From a virus (lineage: Duplodnaviria; Caudoviricetes): a DNA stretch of 64,000 nt. The stretch is from positions 1 through 64,000 of IMG/VR virus record IMGVR_UViG_3300032219_002227. One strand, 5' to 3'. Shown here piece after piece: positions 52,161-59,051 of this stretch (positions are counted from its first letter, which is position 1; the number at the start of each line of letters is the position of its first letter). The translations under genes were made by a program, and so were the position numbers. A model generated the notes under the pieces. That model saw only the letters and a program-made list of their open reading frames with translations, was not told the origin of the DNA and made no database searches.

Positions 52161-52700
52161 ATGCCAAAATTACGTCGACTTAAAGCAGATCCACTTAATA
52201 GAATCATCACAGTAGGATATATCGATGCAGATTCAATCAACGATATCATCCAACTTATATATGAAATTAACGAAGAAGACGTTAAAAAAACGCAAGTAGA
52301 ACCGATAAAATTAATAATTAATTCACCTGGCGGAGAAGTATATAGCGGTTTAGCTTTAATTGATGTAATTGATAATTCATTAACCCCTATATATACAGTA
52401 TGTCATGGTGCTGCAATGTCGATGGGATTAATAGTATACGCTGCTGGACATAGTAGAATAGCAAGTAAATACGCTACATTTATGTATCATGAATCGCATT
52501 ATGAAATAAATGGAAAAGTAACTACTCATAAACAAGAAATAAAAGAAACAAATCGTACTGAAAAAATATGTGATGACTATTTACTTTCTAAAACAAAACT
52601 TACTCTAGCTGTATTAAAAAAAGTTAAAAGTAAACAGGAAGAATGGTATTTTGATGTAAATACTGCTAAAAAATATGGACTAGTAGACGAAATTATTTAA
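52161..52700 (+). CDS. clpP: ClpP-family protease
   Basis: INSPGG, AMSMG (Ser), FMYH (His), AKKYGLVDEI. Confidence 0.88.
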   Translation: MPKLRRLKADPLNRIITVGYIDADSINDIIQLIYEINEEDVKKTQVEPIKLIINSPGGEVYSGLALIDVIDNSLTPIYTVCHGAAMSMGLIVYAAGHSRIASKYATFMYHESHYEINGKVTTHKQEIKETNRTEKICDDYLLSKTKLTLAVLKKVKSKQEEWYFDVNTAKKYGLVDEII

Positions 52701-52722
52701 TATTTATATACAAATACACACA

Positions 52723-53028
52723 ATGGCTGAAGAAATAAAATCAAAACTTAAAGTAGACGTTAATCATAACCCAACTAAAAAGGGTATTAAAGTACAATTT
52801 AAACTACCTCAAGCACTTGAAGGTGAAGCTAAAGCAGACGCTACTCGAAAATTACAGTCTAAATTAACACAGGGATTATCACAATATGGGTTAACAGTGA
52901 ATCAAGATACAGATGTACCTTATCCAGATGTAATTGGATTTTTAATTCCAATTGCCGATCTTAGATCACTTATATTAAATTCTATTACACCTAAGTCAGC
53001 AGACAGTGAAAATAATGCCCCAGTATAA
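52723..53028 (+). CDS. Hypothetical protein
   Basis: ORF after an ATATTTAT motif. Confidence 0.7.
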   Translation: MAEEIKSKLKVDVNHNPTKKGIKVQFKLPQALEGEAKADATRKLQSKLTQGLSQYGLTVNQDTDVPYPDVIGFLIPIADLRSLILNSITPKSADSENNAPV

Positions 53029-53030
53029 AC

Positions 53031-53330
53031 ATGAGACGAAAAATACCTACATTTAGAGTAAATTTAGGCCCTGAAACTTCATATGATATGTTAACTGAAG
53101 TACCAGAAGTAGTTCAGATAGTATTAGATGAAACTGTGTTTGCAATCAAAGAAGGTATAGCTAAAAAGAAAAAATCAATTCCTCTATTTGCAGTAGCTAA
53201 TTCAGAGTATTTCATTGAACTGAAAAAAGATCAATGGAAAACATCATTAGAAAAAGCACTTGAATATTATGTTGAAAAGGAAGAATATGATAGATGTATT
53301 GAATGTAGAGACTTAATTAATAAACTTTAA
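53031..53330 (+). CDS. Protein with C-terminal UVR (UvrB/C)-like motif
   Basis: YVEKEEYDRCIECRDLI. Confidence 0.65.
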   Translation: MRRKIPTFRVNLGPETSYDMLTEVPEVVQIVLDETVFAIKEGIAKKKKSIPLFAVANSEYFIELKKDQWKTSLEKALEYYVEKEEYDRCIECRDLINKL

Positions 53331-53333
53331 GTT

Positions 53334-53753
53334 ATGGAAGAGCATACTCAAGGAATAAAGACATCAATTGAAAATATAATTGGGTCTGATACAATACTTA
53401 AGCGTAAGAAGAAAACTGAAGACGATATTAATAAGGAATCATTTGAAAAAATAATTCTAACAATGGAAGAAGTACAAGTTAGATCAACTTTACTTCATTC
53501 TGATTTTAAATTAGATTTATTTAATTATGAAGAAAAATTCTATGAAGTTATAGATAGATTATTTACTATGCATTTTGGAAGAGAAGCATCTGAAATAATT
53601 TTCTTTTATATCTATGAAAGAATTAATCCAGACGGAACAATAAATCAATTAGCAGATCAGGATGGACATCCAATTCCTCTTGAATCCCCTTCTGATTTAT
53701 GGATTTTAGCTAACCATTTAAAAGAAAAAAACAATAAAGGTAAGAAAAAATAG
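53334..53753 (+). CDS. Hypothetical protein
   Basis: ORF within the operon. Confidence 0.7.
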   Translation: MEEHTQGIKTSIENIIGSDTILKRKKKTEDDINKESFEKIILTMEEVQVRSTLLHSDFKLDLFNYEEKFYEVIDRLFTMHFGREASEIIFFYIYERINPDGTINQLADQDGHPIPLESPSDLWILANHLKEKNNKGKKK

Positions 53754-53755
53754 TT

Positions 53756-54358
53756 ATGCCTGCTTCTAAAACATACAGTCGAGAAGATATTCTTCGAGCG
53801 ATGCGCTTTACTAAATCAAACCGTGCTGCAGCTCGTTATTTAGGCTGTTCATATCAACATTATAGAGTATTTGCTAAATTATTTAGAGTAGATGAGAGTG
53901 ATTATAATTCACCTACTCTACTTGAAGCTCATAAAAATCAAAGTGGTAAAGGAATACCTAAATTTCTACCTAATAAACGTAAAGAACCAAATGTCAAACT
54001 AATATTTGAAACTGGTACTGGATGGGAATCCTTTACACCTGAGAAGATAAAAGCAAGAGGTGTAGCTGAAGGTTATTTAAAAGAACAATGTTATCATTGT
54101 GGTTTTACCGAACGTAGAGTAACTGATTATAAAATACCCTTACTACTAAACTTTAAAGATGGTAACCGTAATAATTATCTTGTTGATAATCTTGAGTTAC
54201 TGTGTTACAACGATTATTTTCTACTTGTTGCTGACCCACTCACACCAGATCAAGTCCGTCATATCGAAGATAATACAACAGTTAAAGCAGTATCTCACGA
54301 TTGGGACTTAGATGAAGCTCATCTTGAAAATATGAAAGCATTAGGCTTGTTGGATTAG
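53756..54358 (+). CDS. HTH plus degenerate HNH-fold protein
   Basis: AAARYLGCSY; CYHCG...LNFKDGNRNN...NLELLCYND. Confidence 0.65.
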   Translation: MPASKTYSREDILRAMRFTKSNRAAARYLGCSYQHYRVFAKLFRVDESDYNSPTLLEAHKNQSGKGIPKFLPNKRKEPNVKLIFETGTGWESFTPEKIKARGVAEGYLKEQCYHCGFTERRVTDYKIPLLLNFKDGNRNNYLVDNLELLCYNDYFLLVADPLTPDQVRHIEDNTTVKAVSHDWDLDEAHLENMKALGLLD

Positions 54359-54396
54359 GCAAAATAAGATTGTATATTCAATTATAAATTTAAAAT

Positions 54397-54684
54397 ATGC
54401 GTTACGAATTAGCTAAACAATTTTCTGAGTTTAAAATTCCGGATGAAATAAAACAAGCTGCTAAAGCAGGAGTTCAATTGATTGGTTCTCTTAACTTCAC
54501 TAAGATGATGATGTTTGCAAATGAAGTTCAACTAACCAATGATGATATTGATTATTTTATGAATATGAGACCACAACGTCAAGAAGATGAATCATATGAA
54601 GATATGAAAGTAAGAGGTAAACTCTCAAAAGCACTTCTCAAATACAGACCACACCTATACGATTATTCAGTTTATACAAAATAA
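54397..54684 (+). CDS. Hypothetical protein
   Basis: ORF after a promoter-like element at 54355-54380. Confidence 0.7.
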   Translation: MRYELAKQFSEFKIPDEIKQAAKAGVQLIGSLNFTKMMMFANEVQLTNDDIDYFMNMRPQRQEDESYEDMKVRGKLSKALLKYRPHLYDYSVYTK

Positions 54685-54689
54685 AAAAC

Positions 54690-54896
54690 ATGGCACAATT
54701 TTTTCAAGTTAAAGTTCAATTTACCTTTGAAGACGATAAAGGTAAAGTAAAAAAATCAAATGTATTGTATCTTGTAGATGCACAATCAGTTACTGAAGCA
54801 GAAGCAAGAATGGTACAGCATTTAAATGATGTTGGAGAACAAGCATTTGAAGTAAAAGCAGCAGCTGAATCACCAATTATTGAAGTGATTAGATAA
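54690..54896 (+). CDS. DUF4494-like protein
   Basis: G.VKK...YLVDAQSVTEAEAR. Confidence 0.72.
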   Translation: MAQFFQVKVQFTFEDDKGKVKKSNVLYLVDAQSVTEAEARMVQHLNDVGEQAFEVKAAAESPIIEVIR

Positions 54897-54928
54897 AAGA
54901 AGGGATTGGTAGAAACCAATCCCTGTTT
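54895..54928. terminator. Terminator hairpin between convergent genes
   Basis: AGGGATTGGT-AGAA-ACCAATCCCT (54901-54924), A-rich left flank and GTTT right flank. Confidence 0.85.
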
Positions 54929-54946
54929 AAAATAAAAAAAACTAAA

Positions 54947-55111
54947 TTAAGCTTTCTTCTTGGAAAAGATAGACCATGCAGCACCAACTAAAGTCATTAC
55001 ACCACCAATAACCTCTGCAGAGAGATTTTCATCAATTAAACCTTTAGTTACGATAATACCACCAATAAAGGTTAAAGCATGTCTAACAAGTCCTAATACT
55101 TGATCTTTCAT
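54947..55111 (-). CDS. 54-aa 2-TM holin-like protein (not in ORF track)
   Basis: MKDQVLGLVRHALTFIGGIIVTKGLIDENLSAEVIGGVMTLVGAAWSIFSKKKA; own promoter motif and terminator. Confidence 0.8.
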   Translation of the reverse strand: MKDQVLGLVRHALTFIGGIIVTKGLIDENLSAEVIGGVMTLVGAAWSIFSKKKA

Positions 55112-55201
55112 AATAAATTGTTTTTAGTTAAAAATAATTAGATCACATATAAATATTAAGAAAAATTAGGAGAATGCAAAAAAATATAATATATTTAAAA
55201 T

Positions 55202-55399
55202 ATGATATTAACAATATATATTATTTCGGTTATTTACTGTGTATACAAGATGTATACTTTATATAGAAAAAACAATAACCCCTTATATTCATCTCCAGGG
55301 TTAGACACTTTAGCTATTATAGTTATGGCTCCGGTACTAATGGCTGTAGATGTATCTATGACTTGGATTAGATTGTATAAAGAAAGAAAACAACAGTAA
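55202..55399 (+). CDS. Small membrane protein
   Basis: Two hydrophobic stretches; promoter-like element at 55166-55197. Confidence 0.7.
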   Translation: MILTIYIISVIYCVYKMYTLYRKNNNPLYSSPGLDTLAIIVMAPVLMAVDVSMTWIRLYKERKQQ

Positions 55400-55400
55400 T

Positions 55401-55559
55401 TGTCAGGTGGTGAAAAGTGTGCACACACTGGTATACACACCCACTCGTCTCGTGGGCGCTGAAAACGAAACAGGTATTTAGGTATGGGTTGACCACAAAG
55501 CCGGCTTAATTTGCCAAATACTAAATCGCAGCGTGAAGGTTCGACTCCTTCCCTGACAG
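55401..55559 (+). ncRNA. tRNA-like RNA with expanded D-loop, non-canonical anticodon loop and 78-nt variable arm
   Basis: Acceptor TGTCAGG/CCTGACA; T-arm GAAGG-TTCGACT-CCTTC; stem CCCAC-TCGTCTC-GTGGG. Confidence 0.8.
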
Positions 55560-55561
55560 CC

Positions 55562-55800
55562 TGAACACAGTGAAGTCTAAAAAATTAGTCCGCAGGCCAC
55601 GGGATCGAAAACTCAGGAATGCCTCTTAACAATGCACAAATCTCCTCTAAATCGTTAGTTAGCGGTGTAAAGTAACTCCACTGGAGAATAGAGTTACAAA
55701 TAAGGTTGATTGGGATAGGGTTGCAGGGTAATGCCTGACCTGATAGGATAGTAACGCCAATCATAAAAGCAGATGTCCACGCACCCATCTTCTGCTTTCC
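55562..55800 (+). ncRNA. Putative structured ncRNA of unknown class
   Basis: GC-rich, no convincing ORF; stems GTAACTC/GAGTTAC, TGATTGG/CCAATCA, AAAGCAG/CTGCTTT. Confidence 0.5.
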
Positions 55801-55805
55801 TAAAT

Positions 55806-55892
55806 GCCCTTGTGGTGGAATAGGTAGACACGCAGGACTTAAAATCCTGTTCGCTGAAAAAGCGAGTGCGGGTTCGATTCCCGCTGGGGGCA
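55806..55892 (+). tRNA. tRNA-Leu (anticodon TAA), CCA not encoded
   Basis: CAGGA-CTTAAAA-TCCTG anticodon arm, long variable arm, GCGGG-TTCGATT-CCCGC. Confidence 0.95.
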
Positions 55893-55893
55893 C

Positions 55894-56205
55894 ATTAGTT
55901 ACTGTTCTTTGACATATAAGGAGAAACAAATTATGGAAACACTATCATTCATTTTAGGGATAGCGTTTGTGGTGGTTATTGCTATTGCAGTAGTTGCTGT
56001 TTACGCTTTCGTTAGGGTAAATAAAGTAAAAGAATATTTAGAAAGTACAGAAAGGCACTTTAGTCATGAAATAAGTAATGTTTATCAAGAAATGGCAAGT
56101 CGTACTGATGATATTACTCGTTCAATGGACTCACGTTTTGATAAATTAGAAAATAAATTAACAAATAACAAATAAAAAATAAATAAGTCAAAGACAGTAA
56201 CTAAT
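55894..56205. repeat. Inverted repeat pair enclosing a small membrane-protein gene
   Basis: ATTAGTTACTGTTCTTTGAC (55894-55913) and GTCAAAGACAGTAACTAAT (56187-56205): 19 bp plus one bulged T. Confidence 0.9.
55933..56175 (+). CDS. Single-TM plus coiled-coil protein (ATG at 55933 preferred over TTG at 55909)
   Basis: METLSFILGIAFVVVIAIAVVAVYAF...; AAGGAG at 55918-55923. Confidence 0.78.
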   Translation: METLSFILGIAFVVVIAIAVVAVYAFVRVNKVKEYLESTERHFSHEISNVYQEMASRTDDITRSMDSRFDKLENKLTNNK

Positions 56206-56215
56206 ATTTATATAT

Positions 56216-56539
56216 ATGGCATGTCATTATTTAAATTTAAAAAATGCAGACGAATTCTACATGAAAATGAGGAATAGAGACGCTGACATTATTTTAAAAA
56301 TGGCTAAATGTGTATTAAGTGCATTTAAAAGAGGTAAAGATCAAATTGATATATTTGATATTACCTTCAAAAATATGGATCAACTTACATTTACTATTGA
56401 TAAATCTCAATATAAAGAGTTACTTAGTAATTGTATGAAGGATTTAATTGAAATGGAGGAATATGAATTGTGTGCTGAAATAAAGAAGATTTTGGAGGGT
56501 AAGAAAAGAAGTCGTAAATTAAAAGATAAAGTTCTTTAA
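56216..56539 (+). CDS. Protein with C-terminal UVR-like motif (paralogue of 53031..53330)
   Basis: LIEMEEYELCAEIKKIL. Confidence 0.65.
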   Translation: MACHYLNLKNADEFYMKMRNRDADIILKMAKCVLSAFKRGKDQIDIFDITFKNMDQLTFTIDKSQYKELLSNCMKDLIEMEEYELCAEIKKILEGKKRSRKLKDKVL

Positions 56540-56544
56540 CATAT

Positions 56545-56929
56545 GGGGATAACCGGTATCGATCCGGATGTAGAGGTAATACTACATGCAGGCATTTGAG
56601 TATACTGCCTTAGAAGATACTAAACAATAAACGCTGAAGAATTATCTTCATTCACTTTCGAAGATGCAATGTCTTTCGTTGGTGCTGATTACGCAGTAGC
56701 TGCCTAATCAAACACGGGTAAGTAACCTAGGAACAGAACTACTTTGAGTATTCACGATCGACTCATTAAATAAGGACTGTGGATTAGTTTCTTGATGTCA
56801 TAAATCAAGTGGTGGAAACGACCATAACGGTCAGCCCTACTGATCAGATTCGTTCAGATCTAAGCATGTGAGACGTTAGTATTATTGTCTCTTTCGGAGA
56901 CGTGGGTTCGAATCCCACTATCTCCACCA
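56545..56929 (+). ncRNA. ssrA: tmRNA
   Basis: GGGGATA/TATCTCC-ACCA acceptor with G3.U70; GTGGG-TTCGAAT-CCCAC T-arm; tag frame 56633-56707 AEELSSFTFEDAMSFVGADYAVAA*. Confidence 0.95.
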
Positions 56930-56946
56930 AAACAAAATGTGGCCGA

Positions 56947-57223
56947 ATAAATTCTTGAGAGGGATTAAGGCACTGGCTAGATAGCTGAAAAGCTATTGAG
57001 TTGGGTTTCACAGACAGATGAGTTAAAACCACCAACATTAAGGGTAGAATGCGCAACCCGAAAGTGCTCTGGATACGCCGAAGATAAATCATGACGATCT
57101 CCGCAGGCGTTGTTAGTAATCAATCTAACTAGTCTTAACACTTAGACTGATCATCTTTGTGGACTATGGGTGAAAAGGGGTCTGTCCAAGGATTATGGGT
57201 AATCGTTACTCCCATCAATTTAT
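56947..57223 (+). ncRNA. Putative ~277-nt structured ncRNA of unknown class
   Basis: GC-rich multi-hairpin region closed by ATAAATT/AATTTAT, between tmRNA and a terminator. Confidence 0.6.
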
Positions 57224-57253
57224 AGGCAACCAGAAATGGTTGCCTTTTTTTTT
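57224..57253 (+). terminator. Intrinsic terminator
   Basis: AGGCAACCA-GAAA-TGGTTGCCT plus T-run. Confidence 0.92.
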
Positions 57254-57303
57254 ATTTTGGGCAAAATATTTTATTATATTTAAATAAATAAATTAATTAA
57301 ATT

Positions 57304-57519
57304 ATGAAAAAGATTATGGTAATTGCTGCTAGTATGTTTTTGGCCTCTTGCGGCGGGTCATCTGAAAGTCCAGTATCTACTGATTCAACTGTAGTAGATT
57401 CTATTACAGTTTTAATTGATTCAGTAGCAGTAGCTGATTCATCTGTTGGAGCTGCTCAAGGTAACGGTGACATTACAGGAGGAAGTGGTCAATCTCCTCA
57501 TGGAGTGCCTGTAAAATAA
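57304..57519 (+). CDS. Small lipoprotein
   Basis: MKK, hydrophobic core, LASC lipobox; S/T/D-rich body. Confidence 0.8.
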   Translation: MKKIMVIAASMFLASCGGSSESPVSTDSTVVDSITVLIDSVAVADSSVGAAQGNGDITGGSGQSPHGVPVK

Positions 57520-57553
57520 GTATGTTTTAACATATTTATAGCCGTAAAAATTC

Positions 57554-57586
57554 AAGGTTGTATATAGAAATATATGCAACCTTTTT
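57554..57586 (+). terminator. Terminator-like hairpin
   Basis: AAGGTTGTATATA-GAAA-TATATGCAACCTT-TTT. Confidence 0.75.
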
Positions 57587-57615
57587 CTATTTTTACTTCA
57601 TTAAAAATTAAAAGT

Positions 57616-57867
57616 ATGAAAAAATTCTTCAAATCACTATTCAGTGATGACAACAACATAAATGAAAAATCATTTATAGGCTTTTTAGCATTTATAATGA
57701 TGGTTGGATTTGCTATAGCCGACATAATTACAGGTACTTTAGGTAAAGAACTTATGGTTCAGGAATTTATATTTAATTCATTCTTATGGTTAACATTAGG
57801 ATGTTTTGGTATTGCTTCTGTTGACAAATACATTAATAAAAAAGATCAAGAATCTGAGGAGGTATAA
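57616..57867 (+). CDS. 2-TM holin-like membrane protein (start at 57616 preferred)
   Basis: MKKFFKSLFSDDNNINEKSFIGFLAF..., two TM helices; the upstream ATG lies inside the hairpin. Confidence 0.7.
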   Translation: MKKFFKSLFSDDNNINEKSFIGFLAFIMMVGFAIADIITGTLGKELMVQEFIFNSFLWLTLGCFGIASVDKYINKKDQESEEV

Positions 57868-57868
57868 C

Positions 57869-57979
57869 ATGGCACGAAAGCAATCAAAACCGAAACCAAT
57901 GAGATCAAGAAAAAGTGGTCTTAAAAAGAAAAAGTTAATTGAACAAAATATAAAAGTAATTAAAAATCTAGAAAATTAA
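57869..57979 (+). CDS. 36-aa highly basic peptide (not in ORF track)
   Basis: MARKQSKPKPMRSRKSGLKKKKLIEQNIKVIKNLEN fills the gap. Confidence 0.65.
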   Translation: MARKQSKPKPMRSRKSGLKKKKLIEQNIKVIKNLEN

Positions 57980-57983
57980 AAGT

Positions 57984-58256
57984 ATGAAAAATTTAGTAAG
58001 TAAATTATTGCCGTTAGTTGACAAGTTTAAAGGTAAAAAGCCAATCGTTTTAATTTTATCTGCTGTAGCAATTGCTGCTTGTATCTTTGCTGTTCAAAAA
58101 GGATACATTGCTGAAGGTTCTATTGATTTTGGAAGTATTATAGATCAAATTAATAATGCTTTCGCTGATAATACTATTATTGTACCTGCAGATAGCATTA
58201 TTTCTCCTGTAGATACTTTAGCTATTGAAATTGTTGATAGCGTAATAACTCAATAA
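57984..58256 (+). CDS. Single-TM protein with acidic tail
   Basis: IVLILSAVAIAACIFAV. Confidence 0.7.
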   Translation: MKNLVSKLLPLVDKFKGKKPIVLILSAVAIAACIFAVQKGYIAEGSIDFGSIIDQINNAFADNTIIVPADSIISPVDTLAIEIVDSVITQ

Positions 58257-59000
58257 ATGAAGAATCTATCTAAGGAAGAATTACTTAGTAGACTCGAAGC
58301 AATTAATAGAAGCAATGCTATTATCTATTTTGACCTTGATGGGTACATCTTAGGAGTAAATGCTATCTTTTTAAAAGCAATGGGATACGGAGATGAAGAA
58401 CACAAGCAACTCATCGGAAAACACCATAGTATATTTGTTACTTATGAATATTCAAAGTCTACTGAATACCAGGAATTTTGGAAAACATTAAGAAGTGGTA
58501 GATTCTTTGAAGGCGAGTTTGAAAGAAAGAAAGTAGATGGTAGCCCTATCTATTTACAAGCAACATATAATCCTATCTTTGATGAAAGCGGTACCATCAC
58601 TAAGGTAATGAAGATTGCTACTGACATCACAGAAACAGTAGTCAGTAAAAATAAGATAGATGCTCTTTCTAAAGACCTACAGGCTGAATTAGATAAATCA
58701 CAGCAATTAAAAAATGCAATTGAAGTAGAAAAAAACGCTGCTTTAAATGATTTGGATGTGTTGATGAAGAAAAGTCAATCTGAGTTAATTAAGACAATTG
58801 TAGTGGTTGCTTTGATAGTAATTGTAGGAGTAGGTGTTGTAACAACTATGTTATATTGGATGGCTATGATCACGGGTAAAGACACACAGATTATTGGCTC
58901 GACTTGGAGTAATATGTTTAGTGTATTATTGACAAATGCATTCTCAATAGTTGGAACAATTATGGGTATAAAATATGCCACTCAAGATAAACAAAAATAA
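58257..59000 (+). CDS. PAS/PAC domain, coiled coil and two C-terminal TM helices
   Basis: AINRSNAIIYFDLDG..L..N..FL..MGY...GKHHS...FWKTL..G...LQATYNPI...KIATDIT; TMs at about aa 180-203 and 220-237. Confidence 0.88.
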   Translation: MKNLSKEELLSRLEAINRSNAIIYFDLDGYILGVNAIFLKAMGYGDEEHKQLIGKHHSIFVTYEYSKSTEYQEFWKTLRSGRFFEGEFERKKVDGSPIYLQATYNPIFDESGTITKVMKIATDITETVVSKNKIDALSKDLQAELDKSQQLKNAIEVEKNAALNDLDVLMKKSQSELIKTIVVVALIVIVGVGVVTTMLYWMAMITGKDTQIIGSTWSNMFSVLLTNAFSIVGTIMGIKYATQDKQK

Positions 59001-59051
59001 AAATAAAAAAATAAATATTACTAAAAATTAATATTTATAACAAAATAAATT

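Noticed and set aside
55401-55559. Ordinary tRNA-Asp(GTC)
   Set aside because: GTC is centred in the loop, but U33 and purine 37 are absent and the arm sizes are incompatible with a normal tRNA
55585-55929. Minus-strand 114-aa ORF
   Set aside because: Antisense to tRNA-Leu and GC-rich structured RNA
56844-57092. Minus-strand 82-aa ORF
   Set aside because: Antisense to the tmRNA 3' end and the downstream RNA
56940-57223. RNase P RNA
   Set aside because: No GAGGAAAGTCC or AACAGAA...GGCTTA P4 signatures visible
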